From an uncultured Collinsella sp. (GTDB lineage Bacteria; Actinomycetota; Coriobacteriia; Coriobacteriales; Coriobacteriaceae): 64,000 nucleotides of DNA. A program made the translations under genes and the position numbers. The notes beneath the pieces are model-generated. The model was not told the origin of the DNA and ran no database searches. It saw only the letters and a list, made by a program, of their open reading frames with translations. Below are positions 47,997 to 56,309 of the stretch, piece after piece (the first letter of the stretch is position 1; the number at the start of each line of letters is the position of its first letter). The stretch is from positions 8,050-72,049 of the forward strand of contig CABUSD010000002.1 in assembly GCA_902494165.1 (NCBI GenBank), in the 5' to 3' direction.

Positions 47997-48761
47997 ATGA
48001 TAGGGATCGGGATCGATATCGGGTCTACGGCGGCTAAGGCCGCTGTGGTCGACGGGGAGGGTTCGGTGGCGTGGACGTGCGTGCAGCCAACCGGGTTCTC
48101 CTCGGTCGATGCTTCCGAACGGCTGCGCGAGGCGCTGGCAGCGGCCGGCTACGACGTGACGGCCGACGATGCTCGCGTGATCGCGACCGGCTACGGCCGT
48201 GTCGCCGTGCCCTATGCGCACAAGGTCGTGACCGAGATTACCTGCCACGGCACCGGTGCCGTGCGCCTGTTTGGCGATCACGGCACGGTGATTGACGTGG
48301 GTGGTCAGGACACCAAGGTCATTCAGCTTAAAAGTGGCCGCGTGGCCAAGTTTGCCATGAACGACAAGTGCGCTGCCGGCACGGGGCGTTTTTTGGAGAT
48401 CATGGCCGACCGCCTAGGCATTTCCCAGCAGCAGATGGCCGACCTGGCGCGTTCCGGCGAGCCCACCAAGATCAGCAGCATGTGCACGGTGTTTGCCGAA
48501 AGCGAGGTCATCAGCCTGATCGGTCGCGGTGAGCCGCGCGAGAACATCGCCCGCGGTGTGATCGAGAGCGTCGTGTCGCGCGTGGCCACTATGGCCGGGC
48601 AGGCGGCGGGCGCCCCGTACTACCTGACCGGTGGCCTGTGCGAGAACGCCTTCGTGGTGGAGCGGTTGGGCGAGCTACTGGGGTCGCCGGTGACCACCTC
48701 GCCCCAGGCTCGCTTTGCCGGAGCGATCGGCGCGGCTGTCCGCGCCGCCGCTTTGGCCTAG
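47997..48761 (+). CDS. BcrAD/BadFG-type ATPase (dehydratase/reductase activase, YjiL-like)
   Basis: 254 aa with MIGIGIDIGSTAAKAAVV (ASKHA phosphate-1), DVGGQDTKVI, and NDKCAAGTGRFLE (cluster-ligand Cys). Confidence 0.85.
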   Translation: MIGIGIDIGSTAAKAAVVDGEGSVAWTCVQPTGFSSVDASERLREALAAAGYDVTADDARVIATGYGRVAVPYAHKVVTEITCHGTGAVRLFGDHGTVIDVGGQDTKVIQLKSGRVAKFAMNDKCAAGTGRFLEIMADRLGISQQQMADLARSGEPTKISSMCTVFAESEVISLIGRGEPRENIARGVIESVVSRVATMAGQAAGAPYYLTGGLCENAFVVERLGELLGSPVTTSPQARFAGAIGAAVRAAALA

Positions 48762-48775
48762 GGGTGTACCGCGAC

Positions 48776-49993
48776 ATGCGCATCCTCAATATCACGGCAC
48801 AAAAACCAGATAGCACCGGCAGCGGCACCTACCTTGCCGCGCTTGTGCGCGAGCAGATCGAGACAGGGCATCGCGCCGCCGTGCTTTGCGGTGCGGCGCC
48901 GGGTGATACCCAAGGCGAGCTGGACCGGCGTGCTGCTGTGTTTGCCGTGCCGTTCGAGTCGCCCGAGCTGCCGTTTCCCATCTGCGGCATGTCCGATGTC
49001 ATGCCCTATCCCTCTACACGCTATCGTGACCTGACGCCTTCGATGCTCAAGGCATTTGAGCGGGCATTTGCTGCTGCAATCGATCGGGCGGTGGCTGAGT
49101 TTCGGCCCGATCTGGTGCTCTGCCATCACCTGTATCTGGTGACCGCATTGGCGCGCGAGTGCGTCCGGGGCGTGCCGGTTGTTGCCGTGTGCCATTCGAC
49201 CGACCTGCGCCAGCTGCGTTCGCATACGCTCGAGCGCGATCGCATCGTACGTGCGGTTCGTCGGCTCGATGCCGTCTTTGCGCTCCATGCTGAGCAGGCT
49301 GAGCAGATTGGCCTGGTGTGCGGCGTCGATGCCGATCGCATCCACGTGATTGGGACGGGCTACGACCATCGCGTCTTCTGCCGCGACGCAAGCGTGGCGA
49401 GGCGGCCGGGATCGCTTGTGTACGTGGGCAAGATTTGCTTTAAAAAGGGCGTCGAGTCGCTGGTTCGAGCCATGTCATTGCCGATTGACGATGGCGTCCG
49501 CCCATCTGGCTTGGTACTTGTGCGCGGCCGCGGGGACGATGCCGAGTACGCGCGTATCGAGCGCTTGGCCGCGGCCTCGGATGTGCCGGTGACGCTGGCG
49601 GGGCGCCTGGATAGCGATGGGCTCGTGCGTGCCTACCGCAGTTCCGACGTCTTAGTGCTGCCTTCGTTTTACGAGGGCCTGCCGCTCGTGACGATCGAGG
49701 CCCTCGCGTGCGGCTGCAAAGTTGTGGCGACCGATTTGCCCGGCGTTCGTCCCTGGATGGAGGCGATGCTTCCCGGTGCTCCCGTGACGTGGGTGGCGTC
49801 GCCGCGTATGACGGATGTCGACACGCCCGTGGCGGCCGACCTTCCGTTGTTTGAGCGCGCACTGGCAGATGCTATCGCGCAGGCGCTTGCGGATCCGCCT
49901 TCGACGTTCGAGCCGTCGGCGGTCTCTTGGGAAGCGTGCCTGGGGCGTATACTTAAAGTCGTTGATTTGTTAGAAGGGGGTTCGTATGGCTAA
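48776..49993 (+). CDS. GT-B fold glycosyltransferase (GT4-like), translationally coupled to selD
   Basis: 405 aa starting MRILNITAQKPDSTGSGTYL, with a C-terminal E-x7-E motif (FYEGLPLVTIEALACG). The start is 14 nt after the activase stop, and the stop lies 8 nt inside selD. Confidence 0.75.
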   Translation: MRILNITAQKPDSTGSGTYLAALVREQIETGHRAAVLCGAAPGDTQGELDRRAAVFAVPFESPELPFPICGMSDVMPYPSTRYRDLTPSMLKAFERAFAAAIDRAVAEFRPDLVLCHHLYLVTALARECVRGVPVVAVCHSTDLRQLRSHTLERDRIVRAVRRLDAVFALHAEQAEQIGLVCGVDADRIHVIGTGYDHRVFCRDASVARRPGSLVYVGKICFKKGVESLVRAMSLPIDDGVRPSGLVLVRGRGDDAEYARIERLAAASDVPVTLAGRLDSDGLVRAYRSSDVLVLPSFYEGLPLVTIEALACGCKVVATDLPGVRPWMEAMLPGAPVTWVASPRMTDVDTPVAADLPLFERALADAIAQALADPPSTFEPSAVSWEACLGRILKVVDLLEGGSYG

Positions 49994-51035
49994 GGACACC
50001 ATGAGGCTCACGTCCATGACGGCCGCGAGCGGTTGAGCCGCTAAGTTGGCTCCTGGAGCCCTCGCCCAGGTCCTGGGCGACTTACCCAATGTGCATAACG
50101 ACAACCTGCTCGTGGGGTTCGATACCTCCGACGATGCGAGTGTCTTTCGTGTTGGCGAAAACCTGGGCCTCGTGCAGTCCGTCGACTTCTTCCCGCCGAT
50201 GGTCGACGATCCCTATCTGTTCGGCCAGATCGCCGCAGCCAACTCGTTGTCGGACATCTACGCCATGGGCGGGCGGCCGAGCCATGCTATGAACTTGCTG
50301 TGCATTCCGAGCTGTCTGGGCGTTGAGGTTGCCGGTCAGATTCTGGCGGGCGGCGCCGACAAGTGCGTCGAGGCGGGTTGCTCCATCGCGGGCGGTCACA
50401 CCATCAACGACGACGAGCCCAAGTACGGTCTGTCCGTGAGCGGTTTTGTCGCGCTCGACCGCATGCTCGCCAACAGCGGCGCACGCGTGGGCGATGTTCT
50501 GCTGCTGACCAAGGCGATCGGCTCGGGCATCATCACCACGGCTATTAAGGGCGAGCTCATCGAGCATGACGAGGCCGCAGCCATGTTTGACTCGATGCGC
50601 ACCCTCAACGAGGCGCCGATTCGTCTGGCCGAGGGACTTGAGCTTCACGGCTGCACCGACATTACGGGCTTTGGTCTGATCGGGCACGCGTGCGAGATGG
50701 CCGAAGGCTCGGGCGTGCAGATTGAACTTGCGTCGGGGGCGGTGCCGCTCTTTGATCAGGTGCTCGACATGGCACGTCTGGGCATTATCCCCGCGGGCTC
50801 CTATCGCAACCAGGACTTCTTCGGCCCGCGCGTGGCTGCCGACGAGAACCTGGAGCCGGGTATGCTCGACGCGCTGTACGATCCACAGACGTCTGGTGGC
50901 CTGCTTATCGCGGCACCTGCTGCCGATGTGGATGAGCTTGCGCGCCGTCTGCATGCCGAAGGACGTATCGCCGCCGCCGTCGGTCGCGTGTGCGAGCCGG
51001 TGCCAGGCGGTCCTGCCGTCCACGTTGTCCGCTAG
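49986..51035 (+). CDS. selD: Selenide, water dikinase (selenophosphate synthetase), selenocysteine-containing
   Basis: MAKDTMRLTSMTAASG-U-AAKLAPGALAQVL..., with in-frame TGA at 50034-50036 where other SelD proteins have Cys/Sec in the G(C/U)xxK loop. Downstream is a PurM-like body. Alternative start at ATG 50001. Confidence 0.9.
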
Positions 51036-51095
51036 CCCGCACGTTTATGTAACTGTTTACCGTTTTCTAGAACGGTTCTTTCGAAAGGAAAAACT

Positions 51096-51722
51096 ATGCC
51101 TACTAAGATTGAAGTCAATGCCATGGGCGATGCCTGCCCGCTGCCCGTCGTCAAGACGCTTAAAGCCCTGAAGCAGCTCGATGGCGAGGGCGTTGTCGTG
51201 ACCTCGGTCGATAACGAGACCGCCGTCAAGAACATCTCCAAGATGGCGCAGGAGAAGGGCTGCACGGCCTCGGTCGAGAAGGTTTCTGACGCCGAGTGGC
51301 ACGTGACCGTGGCGACCTCTGGCGCCGTGGCCGTTGTGGACCCCGAGCAGGACGGTGCCGCTTTTTGCGACGCAAGCGCCGGCAAGGGCAAACTCGTCAT
51401 TTCCGTCTACACCGATTGCATGGGCCGTGGCGACGACGAGCTGGGCCACAAGCTCATGAAGGCGTTTATCTTTGCCGTGACACAGCAGGAGGAACTGCCC
51501 GCGACCATGCTGTTCTACAACGGCGGCGCCAAGCTCACCGTCGAGGGCTCGCCAGTGCTCGACGACCTGAAGGGCCTGGCGGAGCAGGGCGTCGAGATCC
51601 TTACCTGCGGTACCTGCCTCGACCACTATGGCATTAAAGACCAGCTCGCGGTGGGCGAGGTCACCAACATGTACGTGATCGTGGAGAAGATGGAGCAGGC
51701 TGTGCGCGTCGTGCGCCCGTAG
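51096..51722 (+). CDS. yedF: Selenium metabolism protein YedF (TusA/SirA-like N-domain + DsrE-like C-domain)
   Basis: 208 aa with NAMGDACPLPVV (TusA-type CP motif) and a C-terminal ...LTCGTCLDHYG... Confidence 0.8.
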   Translation: MPTKIEVNAMGDACPLPVVKTLKALKQLDGEGVVVTSVDNETAVKNISKMAQEKGCTASVEKVSDAEWHVTVATSGAVAVVDPEQDGAAFCDASAGKGKLVISVYTDCMGRGDDELGHKLMKAFIFAVTQQEELPATMLFYNGGAKLTVEGSPVLDDLKGLAEQGVEILTCGTCLDHYGIKDQLAVGEVTNMYVIVEKMEQAVRVVRP

Positions 51723-51741
51723 CGTATTGGTTGGAGTTGCC

Positions 51742-51993
51742 ATGAGGGAGAAGCGCCCGGCGCTTGTCATCACGTTTCCCACCACGGCGGCCGCCATGGG
51801 GTGCGAGTCCCTGTGCATCGAGCGCGGCCTTCCCGGGCGAACGATTCCCGTGCCCGGGGAGGTCGCTGCTGGCTGCGGTCTGGCGTGGAAGGCGTTGCCT
51901 GCCGATGAGGAGCTGCTGCGCGGCGAACTCGCCGCGGCGGGCGTTCCCACCGAGGGCTATACCGTGATTGATATGTGGGAGGTCGTGCGATGA
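51742..51993 (+). CDS. DUF3343 (putative Se/S carrier-like) protein
   Basis: 83 aa with ...LVITFPTTAAAMGCESLC...IPVPGEVAAGCGLAW... Confidence 0.7.
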   Translation: MREKRPALVITFPTTAAAMGCESLCIERGLPGRTIPVPGEVAAGCGLAWKALPADEELLRGELAAAGVPTEGYTVIDMWEVVR

Positions 51994-53129
51994 TCTACCT
52001 GGATAACGCGGCGACGACCATGCACAAGCCGCAGGAGGTCATCGATGCGGTGACGCAGGCGATGTGCTCGCTCGGCAATGCCGGGCGCGGCGCCACGTCG
52101 GGTGCACTCGATGCGGCACGTACCATCCACGGCTGCCGCGCCAAGCTTGCGCGCTTGCTGGGCTGCCCGCGTGCTGACCATGTTTGTTTTACGCTCAACT
52201 CCACCGCGGTGCTCAACACCGCCATCAACGGGGTGGTGCGCCCCGGCGACCGCGTGGTCACGACGGTGCTCGAGCACAACTCGGTGCTACGTCCGCTCAA
52301 CCGCTTGGCGGCAGAACAGGGCGTGACCGTTGAGCATGCGGGCTGCGACGCGGACGGCGTTCTCGATTATGACGAGCTCGAGCGGCTGGTCACGCCGGGC
52401 ACGCGTGCCGTGGTGGTGACGCACGCCTCCAATGTGACCGGCAACGCGGTCGACATTGCGCGCGTGGCGGCCATGGCCCATGCTGCCGGCGCGCTGGTGA
52501 TCGTCGACGCCTCGCAGTCTGCCGGCGCGATGCATATCGATATGCAGGCCATGGGGCTCGACATTGTGTGCTTTACCGGCCATAAGGGGCTCATGGGACC
52601 TCAAGGCACCGGCGGCCTGGCCGTGGCGGAGGCTGTTGACGTGGCTCCGTGGGCCATGGGCGGCACGGGCGTGCACAGCTTCGATGCGTTGCAGCCGCTT
52701 GAGTGGCCCACGCGCCTCGAGGCGGGCACGCTCAACGGCCACGGCATCGCGGGCCTTTCTGCCGGTCTCGACTTTATCGAGGCGCAAGGCGGGGTCGAGG
52801 CGATCGCGGCGCATGAGCGAGCGCTGGCTGAGCGCTTTCTCGCTGGCGTGCGCGAGATTCCGGGGATTAAGCTCTACGGTGCGTTTGACCAGCCGACGCG
52901 CTCTGCGATTGTGTCGCTCAACGTGGGTGATATCGACTCTGCCGAGATCTCGGACGCGCTCATGCAAGGGTGGGGGATTGCGACGCGCCCCGGTGCCCAT
53001 TGCGCTCCGCTCATGCACCGCGCGCTGGGGACCGAGCGCCAGGGCGTCGTCCGCTTCTCGTTTGGGTATTTCAACACGGACGAGGAAGTCGACACTGCGA
53101 TTGACGCTTTGCGCGATTTAGCCTGCTAG
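51990..53129 (+). CDS. Class-V aminotransferase: cysteine desulfurase / selenocysteine lyase family
   Basis: ATGA overlap with the previous gene. MIYLDNAATT..., ...FTGHKGLMGPQG (PLP Lys), and ...TRPGAHCAP (active-site Cys). Confidence 0.85.
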   Translation: MIYLDNAATTMHKPQEVIDAVTQAMCSLGNAGRGATSGALDAARTIHGCRAKLARLLGCPRADHVCFTLNSTAVLNTAINGVVRPGDRVVTTVLEHNSVLRPLNRLAAEQGVTVEHAGCDADGVLDYDELERLVTPGTRAVVVTHASNVTGNAVDIARVAAMAHAAGALVIVDASQSAGAMHIDMQAMGLDIVCFTGHKGLMGPQGTGGLAVAEAVDVAPWAMGGTGVHSFDALQPLEWPTRLEAGTLNGHGIAGLSAGLDFIEAQGGVEAIAAHERALAERFLAGVREIPGIKLYGAFDQPTRSAIVSLNVGDIDSAEISDALMQGWGIATRPGAHCAPLMHRALGTERQGVVRFSFGYFNTDEEVDTAIDALRDLAC

Positions 53130-53143
53130 AGCGTATATACTTG

Positions 53144-53178
53144 CGGGACGGGTGTTTTTGCCCGTCCCGTTTTTGTTT
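53144..53178 (+). terminator. Terminator ending the Se gene cluster
   Basis: CGGGACGGG-loop-CCCGTCCCG followed by TTTTTGTTT. Confidence 0.9.
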
Positions 53179-53197
53179 CGACCCGAAAGGTGTGTCT

Positions 53198-54556
53198 ATG
53201 GCCTCATCCGCGCCGCGCGGTCTGCGCTCCGACCATGTCGTCACCGTCGGCATCGCCCTATTCTCGATGCTCTTTGGCGCCGGCAACCTCATTATTCCGC
53301 CACTGCTGGCGCTGCAGGCAGGCTCTGCCACGCCGGTCGCCATGCTCGGCTTTCTCATCGCTGCCATCGGCCTGCCCGTCATGGGCTTTATCGCCGTGGC
53401 GCTTGCCGGAACGGCGCGCGAGCTTGCCGGCCGCGTACACCCCAAGTTCGGTGAGTTCTTTGTCGCGGCGGTGTATCTGGCCATCGGCCCGTGCCTGGCT
53501 ATTCCGCGCACGAGCTCCACGGCCTTCGAGATGCTGGTGCCGCTGCTGCCCGAGGGCGTCTCGCTTGGCACGGCTCGCCTGGTGTTTGCCGTTGGCTTCT
53601 TTGTCGTCGCGTTTGTGCTCACGCTGCGTCCGGGCGTCATCACGCGCGTGCTCGGCCGCATTACGGGCCCCGCGCTCATTGCGCTCATCGTGCTGGTCGT
53701 GGGTGCCGCCGTGGTCTCGCCGTTGGGTCCCGCTGCCGCGCCGCAGGCTCCCTACAATGCCGGTGCTGCCGTGCAGGGCTTTTTGACTGGCTACCAGACC
53801 ATGGACCTGCTCGCGTCGCTCGCCTTTGGCATCATCATCGCCGAGACCATCCACGAGCTGGGCGTTACCGATGACAAGCGCGTGGCCTTCGAGATTTCGC
53901 GTTCGGGTGTGATCGCCGGCGTGCTCATGGCCATCATCTACTGCGGCCTGGCGCTTGCCGGCACGCAGCTCAGCACCGTGATGCCCGATGCCACCAACGG
54001 CGCCGCCATCCTTGCCCGCTCTGCCTCCATGCACTTTGGCCTTGCCGGCACGGTCGTGGTCTTTGCGATCTTTTTCCTTGCCTGCATGAACGTGTGCATC
54101 GGCCTTATTAGCTGCTGCTCGCGGTACTTCTGCGAGACGTATGTGGTCGAAGGGGGAGCGGAGGCTTCCGAGGAGGCCATGCGCCGTCCCTTCGCGGTTC
54201 TCGCCTTTGTGTTTGCAGCGTTTTCGTGCGTGCTCTCCAACGTAGGCCTCGACGTGATCCTTATGTTCTCGGTGCCTATGCTCAATGCTCTGTATCCCGT
54301 TGCCATTGTGCTGGTACTTATGGGCCTGGTGCACGGTTTTTGCGATGCGCATCCGCAGGTGTGGGTCTGGGTCGGCGGCGTTGTCGCGGTGCAGAGCGTA
54401 ATCACTTCGGTTCGCGATGCGTTTTTCGCGGGCGCGTGGCTACCGTTTGATGTGCTGCCGCTGGCGGATATCGGTGCCGCGTGGGCGCCGGTTGCCGTGG
54501 TTGCCTTTGTAATCGGCCTGCTCCATAGTCGTTTTGTTGCACATTCGAGGAGCTAG
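53198..54556 (+). CDS. brnQ: Branched-chain amino acid transport system II carrier
   Basis: Start MASSAPRG.... The motif GIALFSMLFGAGNLIIPP is characteristic of BrnQ, and there are about 12 TM segments. Confidence 0.85.
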   Translation: MASSAPRGLRSDHVVTVGIALFSMLFGAGNLIIPPLLALQAGSATPVAMLGFLIAAIGLPVMGFIAVALAGTARELAGRVHPKFGEFFVAAVYLAIGPCLAIPRTSSTAFEMLVPLLPEGVSLGTARLVFAVGFFVVAFVLTLRPGVITRVLGRITGPALIALIVLVVGAAVVSPLGPAAAPQAPYNAGAAVQGFLTGYQTMDLLASLAFGIIIAETIHELGVTDDKRVAFEISRSGVIAGVLMAIIYCGLALAGTQLSTVMPDATNGAAILARSASMHFGLAGTVVVFAIFFLACMNVCIGLISCCSRYFCETYVVEGGAEASEEAMRRPFAVLAFVFAAFSCVLSNVGLDVILMFSVPMLNALYPVAIVLVLMGLVHGFCDAHPQVWVWVGGVVAVQSVITSVRDAFFAGAWLPFDVLPLADIGAAWAPVAVVAFVIGLLHSRFVAHSRS

Positions 54557-54567
54557 GGTTTCTGCGC

Positions 54568-54596
54568 TTGCACAGGCGGGGAGTCTCCCCTATAAT
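54568..54596 (+). promoter_or_regulatory. Near-consensus sigma-70-type promoter for the tRNA pair
   Basis: TTGCAC - 17 nt - TATAAT, about 50 nt upstream of tRNA-Pro. Confidence 0.6.
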
Positions 54597-54647
54597 TTCC
54601 TTCGCTTTGGGACACGCAAGGTTTAGACCTTAGCTGCTCAACACCTT

Positions 54648-54724
54648 CGGGACGTGGCGCAGTTTGGTAGCGCGCCTGCTTTGGGAGCAGGATGTCGCAG
54701 GTTCAAATCCTGTCGTCCCGACCA
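54648..54724 (+). tRNA. tRNA-Pro (anticodon TGG)
   Basis: Hand-folded cloverleaf: acceptor CGGGACG/CGTCCCG, anticodon loop TTTGGGA, T-loop TTCAAAT, encoded CCA. Confidence 0.9.
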
Positions 54725-54730
54725 TATCTT

Positions 54731-54804
54731 GCGGGCGTAGTTCAATGGTAGAACCCCAGCCTTCCAAGCTGATGACGCGGGTTCGATTCCCGTCGCCCGC
54801 TCCA
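54731..54804 (+). tRNA. tRNA-Gly (anticodon TCC)
   Basis: Acceptor GCGGGCG/CGCCCGC, anticodon loop CTTCCAA, T-loop TTCGATT, encoded CCA. Confidence 0.9.
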
Positions 54805-54884
54805 TAGGATAGTTTTAACGGCTTTGGCTCTATTTGGTGCCAGAGCCGGTTTCATATACATGCCGGGACCCCACATCCCCACCT

Positions 54885-54953
54885 AAGTTGCGGTGAAATA
54901 GTTCCTGGATTAGCCGCAAAAGCTGTTATCCAGGAACTATTTCACCGCAACTT
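54885..54953. repeat. 69-bp palindromic repeat, copy B (inverted relative to A, C and D)
   Basis: 25-bp perfect arms AAGTTGCGGTGAAATAGTTCCTGGA / TCCAGGAACTATTTCACCGCAACTT, with a C-rich flank CCCCACATCCCCACCT on the left. Confidence 0.9.
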
Positions 54954-55015
54954 ATTGAGGCCGAGCGGGCTGGGTCGATGATGGGTTCTGTTGTCGAGAA
55001 GATGAGGACAGCCGG

Positions 55016-56023
55016 TCAGGAGCCTGCGTAGGGTTTTGTGGTTGGTATACCGTAGCCGCGCATCATGGAGCCGAACGCTTTGACATCGTAGGTGTCTGCG
55101 AGCTTGAAATGAATGACGTTGTGGCCCATGGCACGCAGGTTCGCGTCGCGCATGAGGGCAGCTCGATAGGTTTTTGCCGCAGTATGTTCCGGTTCATTTT
55201 GGGCATCGTCCTCAAACTTGCCTAGTCCATGCAGCTCAGCCAGCATCCAAGAGCCGTTTGGCATCTGCCAGCCGTAATCTGCCAAATAATAGCCGGCGTT
55301 TCCCGGTCGAGTGATTTCAACCTGAAGTTCAGGAGCGGCAACTCCCGCCAGAATCATTGCCGCTCGTGCTTCGGATTCTCCACCGTTATCCGATCTGCCA
55401 TCCATGTGTTCAAAAACGTCAAATGCGCGCGCGATGCCGTGCAGTCCGCGGCAGTTCGCTTGTGCATATGCACGCAATTCTTCACGCTCGACACCGTACT
55501 CACGAGCCAATCCGTCGACATAGCCTAGTGCATATCGAAAAGCGCTCGTTCGAGCGATGTCGACCACCGTGCGATATGGATCCGTTAACGTAAACGGGCC
55601 GAGCTGCCATACGTCGCCCGGCCGCCAGCGTCGGTATTCAACGAATTCATACGTATCGCGTCTGGTGGAACGCGGCAGCAGCACCTGCACCTTGTCGAGA
55701 AGCGAATATGCAGAACCGATGCCATAGAGCAGTGCCGCCGTTGCTCCGCAAAACACGGCATCCGGTTCAACGACCGCAATAGCGGATGCCAATTGAAAGA
55801 TGCGATCTTCGACGCCGAGGTCATTCCAATACGCGGGATCAGCGTAGACATGGTTGTAGAGTCGAATAATCATCTCTTTTTGCATGAGCGCGTAAGCACA
55901 GCGTTCATCCCATTTTTTGGTAGCTACAAACAGGTGCCCGCCATGATGGGCCTCGAATAACCGGAAGAACAGCTCTACTTGCGGTTTGGAACAGCGTTTA
56001 TCATGGCTCATTTTCGACCCCAT
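55016..56023 (-). CDS. AbiEi-N-like / DUF559 (Vsr-like endonuclease fold) domain protein
   Basis: 335 aa. The C-terminal pattern ESEARAAMILAGVAAPELQVEI...YLADYGW...LAELHGLGKF...RDANLRAMGHNVIHF resembles actinobacterial DUF559/AbiEi-associated proteins. No AbiEii partner is adjacent. Confidence 0.5.
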   Translation of the reverse strand: MGSKMSHDKRCSKPQVELFFRLFEAHHGGHLFVATKKWDERCAYALMQKEMIIRLYNHVYADPAYWNDLGVEDRIFQLASAIAVVEPDAVFCGATAALLYGIGSAYSLLDKVQVLLPRSTRRDTYEFVEYRRWRPGDVWQLGPFTLTDPYRTVVDIARTSAFRYALGYVDGLAREYGVEREELRAYAQANCRGLHGIARAFDVFEHMDGRSDNGGESEARAAMILAGVAAPELQVEITRPGNAGYYLADYGWQMPNGSWMLAELHGLGKFEDDAQNEPEHTAAKTYRAALMRDANLRAMGHNVIHFKLADTYDVKAFGSMMRGYGIPTTKPYAGS

Positions 56024-56195
56024 GGTCTCGAGGGGGAGTGAATGACACTACGCTATCCCATATTTGGTCCGCCAGTCCTTGCCATGAACTGACCAAAAGC
56101 TTGACGGGGCAGGTCAGAGCCATGAGTCAGAGCCAAACATATCGGCAAACGGTTGATTAGTGCCCCTCGGCGGCACTAAAAACCACCCTTACAGA

Positions 56196-56264
56196 AAGTT
56201 GCGGTGAAATAGTTCCTGAAAAGCTTGAATAAGCCTAAATCCAGGAACTATTTCACCGCAACTT
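56196..56264. repeat. 69-bp palindromic repeat, copy C
   Basis: 23-bp perfect arms AAGTTGCGGTGAAATAGTTCCTG / CAGGAACTATTTCACCGCAACTT, with a G-rich flank AGGAGGGGATGGGGCTG on the right. Confidence 0.9.
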
Positions 56265-56309
56265 AGGAGGGGATGGGGCTGAGGGGCGGGTGATGCCGTT
56301 GCTTGTCGG

